A stretch of DNA of 64,000 nt from the human T2T-CHM13v2.0 reference genome, Homo sapiens, in assembly GCF_009914755.1 (NCBI RefSeq), contig NC_060926.1. One strand, written 5' to 3'. Below are positions 1-12,600 of this stretch, in pieces (position 1 is the stretch's first letter; each line of letters starts with the position of its first letter). The notes beneath the pieces were generated by a model that saw only the letters and a program-made list of their open reading frames with translations, did no database searches and was not told where the DNA came from. The position numbers were made by a program, and so were the translations under genes.

Positions 1-148
1 ACATATAAAAAGCAGACAGCAGCATTCCCAGAAACTTCTTTGTGATGTTTGCATTCAAGTCACAGAGTTGAACATTCCCTTTCATAGAGCAGGTTTGAAA
101 CACTCTTTTTGTAGTATCTGGATGTGGACATTTGGAGCGCTCTCAGGC

Positions 149-165
149 CTATGGTGAAAAAGGAA
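149..165 (+). other. pJ-alpha (A-box) motif CTATGGTGAAAAAGGAA; the second A-type monomer has CTACGGTGAAAAAGGAA at 491-507
   Basis: Sits exactly 171 bp from the CENP-B box, at the homologous position in the monomer, as established for A-type alphoid monomers. Confidence 0.85.
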
Positions 166-319
166 ATATCTTCCCCTGCAAACTAGACAGAAGCATTCTC
201 AGAAACTTATATGTGATGTGCGCCCTCAACTAACAATGTTGAACCTTTCTTTTGATAGAGTAGTTTTGAAACACTCTTTTTGTAAAATCTGCAAGAGGAT
301 ATTTGGATAGCTTTGAGGA

Positions 320-336
320 TTTCGTTGGAAACGGGA
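320..336 (+). other. CENP-B box (TTTCGTTGGAAACGGGA) of the XbaI-bearing monomer; first of about one per HOR
   Basis: Exact match to the 17-bp consensus YTTCGTTGGAARCGGGA; recurs every 680 bp (1000, 1680, 2360...). Confidence 0.96.
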
Positions 337-352
337 TTGTCTTCATATAAAA

Positions 353-358
353 TCTAGA
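353..358. other. XbaI site (TCTAGA) marking the 680-bp HOR; lost in HORs carrying the TTAACCCTAGAC variant
   Basis: TCTAGA at 353, 1033, 2393, 3073...; replaced by CCTAGA at about 1713, 18713, 23467, 27544 and in many HORs between 41.8 and 51.0 kb. Confidence 0.9.
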
Positions 359-661
359 CAGTAGCATTCTGATAAGCTTCATAGGGATGTTTCAATTGAA
401 GTCACAGTGTTGAACAGTCACTTTCATAGAGCAGGTTTGAAACACTCTTTTTGTAGCATCTGGAAGTGGACATTTGGAGCGCTCTCAGGACTACGGTGAA
501 AAAGGAAATATCTTCCAATAAAAGCTAGATAGAAGAAATGTGAGAAAGTTTTTCATGATGTATCTACTCAGCTAAAAGAGTTGAACCTTTCTTTTGAGAG
601 AGCAGTTTTGAAACACTCTTTTTGTGGAATCTGCAAGTGGATATTTGTCTAGCTTTGAGGA

Positions 662-678
662 TTTCGTTGGAAACGGGA
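662..678 (+). other. CENP-B box of the 167-bp monomer; second box per HOR (box spacing alternates 342/338 bp)
   Basis: Exact TTTCGTTGGAAACGGGA followed by TTACATATAAAAAGCAGAC. Confidence 0.96.
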
Positions 679-3600
679 TTACATATAAAAAGCAGACAGC
701 AGCATTCCCAGAAACTTCTTTGTGATGTTTGCATTCAAGTCACAGAGTTGAACATTCCCTTTCATAGAGCAGGTTTGAAACACTCTTTTTGTAGTATCCG
801 GATGTGGAGATTTGGAGCGCTTTCAGGCCTACGGTGAAAAAGGAAATATCTTCCCATGAAAACTAGACAGAAGCATTCTCAGAAACTTATTTGTGATGTG
901 CGCCCTCAACTAACAGTATTAAACCATTCTTTTCATGGAGTAGTTTTGAAACACTCTTTTTGTAAAATCTGCAAGAGGATATTTGGATAGATTTGAGGAT
1001 TTCGTTGGAAACGGGATTGTCTTCATATAGAATCTAGACAGAAGCATTCTCAGAAGCTTCATTGGGATGTTTCAATTGAAGTCACAGTGTTGAACAGTCC
1101 CTTTCATAGAGCAGGTTTGAAACACTCTTTTTGTAGTATCTGGAAGTGGACATTTGGAGCGTTCTGAGGACTACAGTGAAAAAGGAAATATCTTCCAATA
1201 AAAGCTAGATAGAAGCAATGTCAGAAAATTTTTCATGATGTATCTACTCAGCTAACAGAGTTGAACCTTTCTTTTGAGAGAGCAGTTTTGAAACACTCTT
1301 TTTGTGGAATCTGCAAGTGGATATTTGTCTAGCTTTGAGGATTGCGATGGAAACGGGATTACATATAAAAAGCAGACAGCAGCATTCCCAGAAACTTCTT
1401 TGTGATATTTGCATTCAAGTCACAGACTTGAACATTCCCTTTCATAGAGCAGGTTTGAAACACTCTTTTTGTAGTATCTGGATGTGGACATTTGGAGCGC
1501 TTTCAGGCCTATGGTGAAAAAGGAAATATCTTCCCCTGAAAACTAGACAGAAGCATTCTCAGAAACTTATTTGTGATGTGCGCCCTCAACTAACAGTGTT
1601 AAACCTTTCTTTTTGTAGAGTAGTTTTGAAACACTCTTTTTGTAAAATCTGCAAGAGGATATTTGGATAGCTTTGAGGATTTCGTTGGAAACGGGATTGT
1701 CTTCATATTAACCCTAGACAGTAGCATTCTCAGAAGCTTCATTGGGATGTTTCAATTGAAGTCACAGTGTTGAACAGTCCCTTTCATAGAGCAGGTTTGA
1801 AACACTCTTTTTGTAGCATCTGGAAGTGGACATTTGGAGCGTTCTCAGGACTACGGTGAAAAAGGAAATATCTTCCAATAAAAGCTAGATAGAAGCAATG
1901 TCAGAAACTTTTTCATGATGTATCTACTCAGCTAAAAGTGTTGAACCTTTCTTTTGCGAGAGCAGTTTTGAAACACTATTTTTGAGGAATCTGCAAGTGG
2001 ATATTTCTCTAGCTTTGAGGATTTCGTTGGAATCGGGATTACATATAAAAAGCAGACAGCAGCATTCCCAGAAACTTCTTTGTGATGTTTGCATTCAAGT
2101 CACAGAGTTGAACATTCCCTTTCATAGAGCAGGTTTGAAACACTCTTTTTGTAGTATCTGGATGTGGACATTTGGAGCGCTCTCAGGCCTATGGTGAAAA
2201 AGGAAATATCTTCCCCTGCAAACTAGACAGAAGCATTCTCAGAAACTTATTTGTGATGTGCGCCCTCAACTAACAATGTTGAACCTTTCTTTTGATAGAG
2301 TAGTTTTGAAACACTCTTTTTGTAAAATCTGCAAGAGGATATTTGGATAGCTTTGAGGATTTCGTTGGAAACGGGATTGTCTTCATATAAACTCTAGAAA
2401 GTAGCATTCTGATAAGCTTCATTGGGATGTTTCAATTGAAGTCACAGTGTTGAACAGTCCCTTTCATAGAGCAGGTTTGAAACACTCTTTTTGTAGTATC
2501 TGGAAGTGGATATTTGGAGAGTTCTCAGGAATACGGTGAAAAAGGAATTATCTTCCAATAAAAGCTAGATAGAAGCAATGTCAGAAAATTGTTCATGATG
2601 TATTTACTCAGCTAACAGAGTTGAACTTTTCTTTTGAGAGAGCAGTTTTGAAACACTCTTTTTGTGGAATCTGCAAGTGGATATTTGTCTAGCTTTGAGG
2701 ATTTCGTTGGAAACGGGATTACATATAAAAAGCAGACAGCAGCATTCCCAGAAACTTCTTTGTGATGTTTGCATTCAAGTCACAGAGTTGAACATTCCCT
2801 TTCATAGAGCAGGTTTGAAACACTCTTTTTGTAGTATCTGGATTTGGACATTTGGAGCCCTTTCAGGCCTATGGTGAAAAAGGAAATATCTTCCACTGAA
2901 AACTAGACAGAAGTATTCTCAGAAACTTATTTGTGATGTGCGCCCTCAACTAACAGTGTTGAAGCTTTCTATTGATAGAGCAGTTTTGAAACACTCTTTT
3001 TGTAAAATCTGCAAGAGGATATTTGGATAGCTTTGAGGATTTCGTTGGAAACGGGATTGTCTTCATATAAAATCTAGACAGAAGCATTCTCAGAAGCTTC
3101 ATTGGGATGTTTCAATTGAAGTCACAGTGTTGAACAGTCCCTTTCATAGAGCAGGTTTGAAACACTCTTTTTGTAGTATCTGGAAGTGGACATTTGGAGC
3201 AGTCTCAGGACTACGGTGAAACGGGAATTATCTTCCAATAAAAGCTAGATAGAAGCAATGTCAGAAACTTTTTCATGACGTATCTACTCAGCTAACAGAG
3301 TTGAACCTTTCTTTTGAGAGAGCAGTTTTGAAACACTCTTTTTGTGGAATCTGCAAGTGGATATTTGTCTAGCTTTGAGGATTTCGTTGGAAACGGGATT
3401 ACATATAAAAAGCAGACAGCAGCATTCCCAAAAACTTCTTTGTGATGTTTGCATTCAAGTCCCAGAGTTGAACATTCCCTTTCATAGAGCAGGTTTGAAA
3501 CACTCTTTTTGTAGTATCTGGATGTGGACATTTGGAGCGCTTTCAGGCCTATGGTGAAAAAGGAAATATCTTCCTCTGAAAACTAGACAGAAGCATTCTC

Positions 3601-6600
3601 AGAATCTTATTTGTGATGTGCGCACTCAACTAACAGTGTTGAAGCTTTCTTTTGATAGAGCAGTTTTGAAACACTCTTTTTGTAAAATCTGCAAGAGGAT
3701 ATTTGGATAGCTTTGAGGATTTCGTTGGAAACGGGATTGTCTTCATATAAACTCTAGACAGAAGCATTCCCAGAAGCTTCATTGGGATGTTTCAATTGAA
3801 GTCACAGTGTTGAACAGTCCCTTTCATAGAGCATGTTTGAAACACTCTTTTTGTAGTATCTGGAAGTGGACATTTGGAGCGCTCTCAGGACTACAGTGAA
3901 AAAGGAAATGTCTTCCAAATAAAGCTAGATAGAAGCAATGTCAAAAACATTTTCATGATGTATCTACTCAGCCAACAGAGTTGAACCTTTCTTTTGAGAG
4001 AGCAGTTTTGAAACAGTCTTTTTGTGGAATCTGCAAGTGGATATTTGTCTAGCTTTGAGGATTTCGTTGGAAACGGGATTACATATAAAAAGCAGACAGC
4101 AGCATTCCCAGAAACTTCTTTGTGATGTTTGCATTCAAGTGATAGAGTTGAACATTCCCTTTCATAGAGCAGGTTTGAAACACTCTTTTTGTAGTATCTG
4201 GATGTGGACATTTGTAGCGCTTTCAGGCCTATGGTGAAAAAGGAAATATCTTCCCCTGAAAACTGGACAGAAGCATTCTCAGAATCTTATTTGTGATGTG
4301 CGCCCTCAACTAACAGTGTTGAACCTTTCTTTTGATAGAGCAGTTTTGAAACAGTCTTTTTGTAAAATCTGCAATGGGATATTTGGATAGCTTTGAGGAT
4401 TTCGTTGGAAACGGGATTGTCTTCATATAAAATCTAGACAGAAGCATTCTCAGAAGCTTCATTGGGATGTTTCAATTGAAGTCACAGTGTTGAACAGTCC
4501 CTTTCATAGAGCAGGTTTGAAACACTCTTTTTGTAGTATCTGGAAGTGGACATTTGGAGCGTTCTCAGGACTACGGTGAAAAAGGAAATATCTTCCAATA
4601 AAAGCTAGATAGAAGCAATGTCAGAAAATTTTTCATGATGTGTCTACTCAGCTAACAGAGTTGAACCTTTCTTGTGAGAGAGCCGTTTTGAAACACTCTT
4701 TTTGTGGAATCTGCAAGTGGATATTTGTCTAGCTTTGAGGATTTCGTTGGAAACGGGATTACATATAAAAAGCAGACAGCAGCATTCCCAGAAACTTCTT
4801 TGTGATGTTTGTATTCAAGTCACAGAGATGAACATTCCCTTTCATAGAGCAGGTTTGAAACACTCTTTTTGTAGTATCTGGATGTGGACATTTGGAGCGC
4901 TTTCAGGCCTATGGTGAAAAAGGAAATATCTTCCCCTGAAAACTAGACAGAAGTATTCTCAGAAACTTATTTGTGATGTGCGTCCTCAACTAACAGTGTT
5001 GAACCTTTCCTTTGATGGAGCAGTTTTGAAACACTCTTTTTGTAAAATCTGCAAGAGGATATTTGGATAGATTTGAGGATTTCGTTGGAAACGGGATTGT
5101 CTTCATATAGAATCTAGACAGAAGCATTCTCAGAAGCTTCATTGGGATGTTTCAATTGAAGTCACAGTGTTGAACAGTCCCTTTCATAGAGCAGGTTTGA
5201 AACAATCTTTTTGTAGTATGTGGCAGTGGACATTTGGAGCGTTCTCAGGACTACGGTGAAAAAGGAAATATCTTCGAAATAAAGCTAGATAGAAGCAATG
5301 TCAGAAAATTTTTCATGATGTATCTACTCAGCTAAAAGAGTTGAAACTTTCATTTGAGAGAGCAGTTTTGAAACACTCTTTTTGTGGAATGTGCAAGTGG
5401 ATATTTGTCTAGCTTTGAGGATTTCGTTGGAAACGGGATTACATATAAAAAGCAGACAGCAGCATTCCCAGAAACTTCTTTGTGATGTTTGCATTCAAGT
5501 CACAGAGTTGAACATTCCCTTTCATAGAGCAGGTTTGAAACACTCTTTTTGTAGTATCTGGATGTGGACATTTGGAGCGCTTTCAGGCCTATGGTGAAAA
5601 AGGAAGTATCTTCCCCTGAAAACTAGACAGAAGCATTCTCAGAAACTTATTTGTGATGTGCGCCCTCAACTAACAGTGTTGAAGCTTTCTTTTGATAGAG
5701 CAGTTTTGAGACACTCTTTTTGTAAAATCTGCAAGAGGATATTTGGATAGCTTTGAGGATTTCGTTGGAAAAGGGATTGTCTTCATATAAACTCTAGACA
5801 GAAGCATTCTCAGAAGCTTCATTGGGATGTTTCAATTGAAGTCACAGTGTTGAACAGTCCCTTTCATAGAGCAGGTTTGAAACACTCTTTTTGTAGTATC
5901 TGGAAGTGGACATTTGGAGAGTTCTCAGGAATACGGTGAAAAAGGAAATATCTTCCAATAAAAGCTAGATAGAAGCAATGTCAGAAACTTTTTCATGATG
6001 TATCTACTCAGCTAACAGAGTTGAACCTTTCTTTTGAGAGAGCAGTTTTGAAACACTCTTTTTGTGGAATCTGCAAGTGGATATTTGTCTAGGTTTGAGG
6101 ATTTCGTTGGAAACGGGATTACATATAAAAAGCAGACAGCAGCATTCCCAGAAACTTCTTTGTGATGTTCGCATTCAAGTCACAGAGCTGAACATTCCCT
6201 TTCATAGAGCAGGTTTGAAACACTCTTTTTGTAGTATCTGGATGTGGACATTTGGAGCGCTTTCAGGCCTATGGTGAAAAAGGAAATATCTTCCCCTGAA
6301 AACTAGACAGAAGCATTCTCAGAAACTTATTTGTGATGTGCGCCCTCAACTAACAGTGTTGAACTTTTCTTTTGATAGAGCAGTTTTGAAACACTCTTTT
6401 TGTAAAATCTGCAAGAGGATATTTGGATAGCTTTGAGGATTTCGTTTGAAACGGGATTGTCTTCATATAAAATCTAGACAGAAGCATTCTCAGAAGCTTC
6501 ATTGGGATGTTTCAATTGAAGTCACAGTGTTGAACAGTCCCTTTCATAGAGCATGTTTGAAACACTCTTTTTGTAGTATCTGGAAGTTGACATTTGGAGC

Positions 6601-9600
6601 GTTTTCAAGACTACGGTGAAAAAGGAAATATCTTCCAAATAAAGCTAGAAAGAAGCAATGTCAGAAAATTGTTCATGATGTATCTACTCAGCTAACAGAG
6701 TTGAACCTTTCTTTTGAGAGAGCAGTTTTGAAACACTCTTTTTGTGGAATCTGCAAGTGGATATTTGTCTAGCTTTGAGGATTTCGTTGGAAACGGGATT
6801 ACATATAAAAAGCAGACAGCAGCATTCCCAGAAACTTCTTTGTGATGTTTGCATTCAAGTCACAGAGTTGAACATTCCCTTTCATAGAGCAGGTTTGAAA
6901 CACTCTTTTTGTAGTATCTGGATGTGGACATTTGGAGCGCTTTCAGGCCTATGGTGAAAAAGGAAATATCTTCCCCTGAAAACTAGACAGAAGCATTCTC
7001 AGAATCTTATTTGTGATGTGCGCCCTCAACTAACAGTGTTGAAGCTTTCTTTTGATAGAGCAGTTTTGAAACACTCTTTTTGTAAAATCTGCAAGAGGAT
7101 ATTTGGATAGCTTTGAGGATTTCGTTGGAAACGGTTTTGTCTTCATATAAACTCTAGACAGAAGCATTCTCAGAAGCTTCATTGGGATGTTTCAATTGAA
7201 GTCACAGTGTTGAACAGTCCCTTTCATAGAGCAGGTTTGAAAAACTCTTTTTGTAGTATCTGGAAGTGGACATTTGGAGCGCTCTCAGGAATACGGTGAA
7301 AAAGGAAATATCTTCCAATAAAAGCTAGATAGAAGCAATGTCAGAAACACTTTCATGATGTATCTACTCAGCTAACAGAGTTGTAACTTTCTTTTGAGAG
7401 AGCAGTTTTGAAACACTCTTTTTGTGGAATCTGCAAGTGGATATTTGTCTAGCTTTGAGGATTTCGTTGGAAACGGGATTACATATAAAAAGCAGACTGC
7501 AGCATTCCCAGAAACTTCTTTGTGATGTTTGCATTCAAGTCACAGAGTTGAACATTCCCTTTCATAGAGCAGGTTTGAAACACTCTTTTTGTAGTATCTG
7601 GATGTGGACCTTTGGAGCGCTTTCAGGCCTATGGTGAAAAAGGAAATATCTTCCCCTGAAAACTAGACAGAAGCATTGTCAGAATCTTATTTGTGATGTG
7701 CGCCCTCAACTAACAGTGTTGAAGCTTTCTTTTGATAGAGCAGTTTTGAAACACTCTTTTTGTAAAATCTGCAAGAGGATACTTGGATAGCTTTGAGGAT
7801 TTCGTTTGAAACGGGATTGTCTTCATATAAACTCTAGACAGAAGCATTCTCAGAAGCTTCATTGGGATGTTTCAATTGAAGTCACAGTGTTGAACAGTCC
7901 CTTTCATAGAGCAGGTTTGAACCACTCTTTTTGTAGTATCTGGAAGTGGACATTTGGAGCGCTCTCAGGACTACGGTGAAAAAGGAAATATCTTCCAATA
8001 AAAGCTAGATAGAAGCAATGTCAGAAACATTTTCATGATGTATCTACTCAGCTAACAGAGTTGAACCTTTCTCTTGAGAGAGAAGTTTTGAAACCCTCTT
8101 TTGGTGGAATCTGCAAGTGGATATTTGTCTAGCTTTGAGGATTTCGTTGAAAACGGGATTACATATAAAAAGCAGACAGTAGCATTCCCAGAAACTTCTT
8201 TGTGATGTTTGCATTCAAGTCACAGAGTTGAACATTCCCTTTCATAGAGCAGGTTTGAAACACTCTTTTTGTAGTATCTGGATGTGGACATTTGGAGCGC
8301 TTTCAGGCCTATGGTGAAAAAGGAAATATCTTCCCCTGAAAACTAGACAGAAGCATTCTCAGAATCTTATTTGTGATGTGCGCACTCAACTAACAGTGTT
8401 GAAGCTTTCTTTTGATAGAGCAGCTTTGAAACACTCTTTTTGTAAAATCTGCAAGAGGATATTTGGATAGCTTTGAGGATTTCGTTGGAAACGGGATTGT
8501 CTTCATATAAACTCTAGACAGAAGCATTCTCAGAAGCTTCATTGGGATGTTTCAATTGAAGTCACAGTGTTGAACAGTCCCTTTCATAGAGCAGGTTTGA
8601 AACACTCTTTTTGTAGTATCTGGAAGTGGACATTTGGAGCGCTCTCAGGACTACGGTGAAAAAGGAAATATCTTCCAATAAAAGCTAGATAGAAGCAATG
8701 TCAGAAACATTTTCATGATGTATCTACTCAGCTAACAGAGTTGAACCTTTCTCTTGAGAGAGCAGTTTTGAAACCCTCTTTTGGTGGAATCTGCAAGTGG
8801 ATATTTGTCTAGCTTTGAGGATTTCGTTGGAAACGGGATTACATATAAAAAGCAGACAGCAGCATTCCCAGAAACTTCTTTGTGATGTTTCCATTCAAGT
8901 CACAGAGTTGAACATTCCCTTTCATAGAGCAGGTTTGAAACACTCTTTTTGTAGTATCTGGATGTGGACATTTGGAGCGCTTTCAGGCCTATGGTGAAAA
9001 AGGAAATATCTTCCCCTGAAAACTAGACAGAAGCATTCTCAGAATCTTATTTGTGATGTGCGCACTCAACTAACAGTGTTGAAGCTTTCTTTTGATAGAG
9101 CAGCTTTGAAACACTCTTTTTGTAAAATCTGCAAGAGGATATTTGGATAGCTTTGAGGATTTCGTTGGAAACGGGATTGTCTTCATATAAACTCTAGACA
9201 GAAGCATTCTCAGAAGCTTCATTGGGATGTTTCAATTGAAGTCACAGTGTTGAACAGTCCCTTTCATAGAGCAGGTTTGAAACACTCTTTTTGTAGTATC
9301 TGGAAGTGGACATTTGGAGCGCTCTCAGGACTACGGTGAAAAAGGAAATATCTTCCAATAAAAGCTAGATAGAAGCAATGTCAGAAACATTTTCATGATG
9401 TATCTACTCAGCTAACAGAGTTGAACCTTTCTTTTGAGAGATCAGTTTTGAAACACTCTTTTTGTGGAATCTGCAAGTGGATATTTGTCTAGCTTTGAGG
9501 ATTTCGTTGGAAACGGGATTACATATAAAAAGCAGACAGCAGCATTCCCAGAAACTTCTTTGTGATGTTTGCATTCAAGTCACAGAGTTGAACATTCCCT

Positions 9601-12600
9601 TTCATAGAGCAGGTTTGAAACACTCTTTTTGTAGTATCTGGATGTGGACATTTGGAGCGCTTTCAGGCCTATGGTGAAAAAGGAAATATCTTCCCCTGAA
9701 AACTAGACAGAAGCATTCTCAGAATCTTATTTGTGATGTGCGCCCTCAACTAACAGTGTTGAAGCTTTCTTTTGATAGAGGAGTTTTGAAACACTCTTTT
9801 TGTAAAATCTGCAAGAGGATATTTGGATAGCTTTGAGGATTTCGTTGGAAACGGGATTGTCTTCATATAAACTCTAGACAGAAGCATTCTCAGAAGCTTC
9901 ATTTGGGATGTTTCAATTGAAGTCACAGTGTTGAACAGTCCCTTTCATAGAGCAGGTTTGAAACACTCTTTTTGTAGTATCTGGAAGTGGACATTTTGAG
10001 CGCTCTCAGGACTACGGTGAAAAAGGAAATATCTTCCAATAAAAGCTAGATAGAAGCAATGTCAGAAACATTTTCATGATGTATCTACTCAGCTAACAGA
10101 GTTGAACCTTTCTTTTGAGAGAGCAGTTTTGAAACACTCTTTTTGTGGAATCTGCAAGTGGATATTTGTCTAGCTTTGAGGATTTCGTTGGAAACGGGAT
10201 TACATATAAAAAGCAGACAGCAGCATTCCCAGAAACTTCTTTGTGATGTTTGCATTCAAGTCACAGAGTTGAACATTCCCTTTCATAGAGCAGGTTTGAA
10301 ACACTCTTTTTGTAGTATCTGGATGTGGACATTTGGAGCGCTTTCAGGCCTATGGTGATAAAGGAAATATCTTCCCCTGAAAACTAGACAGAAGCATTCT
10401 CAGAATCTTATTTGTGATGTGCGCCCTCAACTAACAGTGTTGAAGCTTTCTTTTGATAGAGCAGTTTTGAAACACTCTTTTTGTAAAATCTGCAAGAGGA
10501 TATTTGGATAGCTTTGAGGATTTCGTTGGAAACGGGATTGTCTTCATATAAACTCTAGACAGAAGCATTCTCAGAAGCTTCATTGGGATGTTTCAATTGA
10601 AGTCACAGTGTTGAACAGTCCCTTTCATAGAGCAGGTTTGAAAAACTCTTTTTGTAGTATCTGGAAGTGGACATTTGGAGCGCTCTCAGGAATACGGTGA
10701 AAAAGGAAATATCTTCCAATAAAAGCTAGATAGAAGCAATGTCAGAAACACTTTCATGATGTATCTACTCAGCTAACAGAGTTGTAACTTTCTTTTGAGA
10801 GAGCAGTTTTGAAACCCTCTTTTTGTGGAATCTGCAAGTGGATATTTGTCTAGCTTTGAGGATTTCGTTGGAAACGGGATTACATATAAAAAGCAGACTG
10901 CAGCATTCCCAGAAACTTCTTTGTGATGTTTGCATTCAAGTCACAGAGTTGAACATTCCCTTTCATAGAGCAGGTTTGAAACACTCTTTTTGTAGTATCT
11001 GGATGTGGACCTTTGGAGCGCTTTCAGGCCTATGGTGAAAAAGGAAATATCTTCCCCTGAAAACTAGACAGAAGCATTCTCAGAATCTTATTTGTGATGT
11101 GCGCACTCAACTAACAGTGTTGAAGCTTTCTTTTGATAGAGCAGCTTTGAAACACTCTTTTTGTAAAATCTGCAAGAGGATATTTGGATAGCTTTGAGGA
11201 TTTCGTTGGAAACGGGATTGTCTTCATATAAACTCTAGACAGTAGCATTCTCAGAAGCTACATTGGGATGTTTCAATTGAAGTCACAGTGTTGAACAGTC
11301 CCTTTCATAGAGCAGGTTTGAAACACTCTTTTTGTAGTATCTGGAAGTGGACATTTGGAGCGCTCTCAGGACTACGGTGAAAAAGGAAATATCTTCCAAT
11401 AAAAGCTAGATAGAAGCAATGTCAGAAACATTTTCATGATGTATCTACTCAGCTAACAGAGTTGAACGTTTCTTTTGAGAGAGCAGTTTTGAAACACTCT
11501 TTTTGTGGAATCTGCAAGTGGATATTTGTCTAGCTTTGAGGATTTCGTTGGAAACGGGATTACATATAAAAAGCAGACAGCAGCATTCCCAGAAACTTCT
11601 TTGTGATGTTTGCATTCAAGTCACAGAGTTGAACATTCCCTTTCATAGAGCAGGTTTGAAACACTCTTTTTGTAGTATCTGGATGTGGACATTTGGAGCG
11701 CTTTCAGGCCTATGGTGAAAAAGGAAATATCTTCCCCTGAAAACTAGACAGAAGCATTCTCAGAATCTTATTTGTGATGTGCGCCCTCAACTAACAGTGT
11801 TGAAGCTTTCTTTTGATAGAGCAGTTTTGAAACACTCTTTTTGTAAAATCTGCAAGAGGATATTTGGATAGCTTTGAGGATTTCGCTGGAAACGGGATTG
11901 TCTTCATATAAACTCTAGACAGAAGCATTCTCAGAAGCTTCATTGGGATGTTTCAATTGAAGTCACAGTGTTGAACAGTCCCTTTCATAGAGCAGGTTTG
12001 AAAAACTCTTTTTGTAGTATCTGGAAGTGGACACTTGGAGCGCTCTCAGGAATACGGTGAAAAAGGAAATATCTTCCAATAAAAGCTAGATAGAAGCAAT
12101 GTCAGAAACACTTTCATGATGTATCTACTCAGCTAACAGAGTTGAAACTTTCTTTTGAGAGAGCAGTTTTGAAACATTCTTTTTGTGGAATCTGCAAGTG
12201 GATATTTTTCTAGCTTTGAGGATTTCGTTGGAAACGGGATTACATATAAAAAGCAGACAGCAGCATTCCCAGAAACTTCTTTGTGATGTTTGCATTCAAG
12301 TCACAGAGTTGAACATTCCCTTTCATAGAGCAGGTTTGAAACACTCTTTTTGTAGTATCTGGATGTGGACATTTGGAGCGCTTTCAGGCCTATGGTGAAA
12401 AAGGAAATATCTTCCCCTGAAAACTAGACAGAAGCATTCTCAGAATCTTATTTGTGATGTGCGCCCTCAACTAACAGTGTTGAAGCTTTCTTTTGATAGA
12501 GCAGTTTTGAAACACTCTTTTTGTAAAATCTGCAAGAGGATATTTGGATAGCTTTGAGGATTTCGTTTGAAACGGGATTGTCTTCATATAAACTCTAGAC

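Larger units (their letters stand above)
149..828 (+). repeat. Representative canonical HOR unit: A-type (171 bp), B-type (171 bp), A-type (171 bp), B-type (167 bp)
   Basis: Box positions: pJ-alpha 149, CENP-B 320, pJ-alpha 491, CENP-B 662, next pJ-alpha 829. The 167-bp monomer has GGGATTACATATAAAA where the other B monomer has GGGATTGTCTTCATATAAA (4 bp shorter). The unit phase is arbitrary. Confidence 0.93.

Noticed and set aside
517-522. AATAAA polyadenylation-like and TATAAA TATA-like motifs in each HOR
   Set aside because: Expected by chance in AT-rich alphoid consensus. The sequence alone gives no evidence of transcriptional function, although centromeric transcription is known in general.
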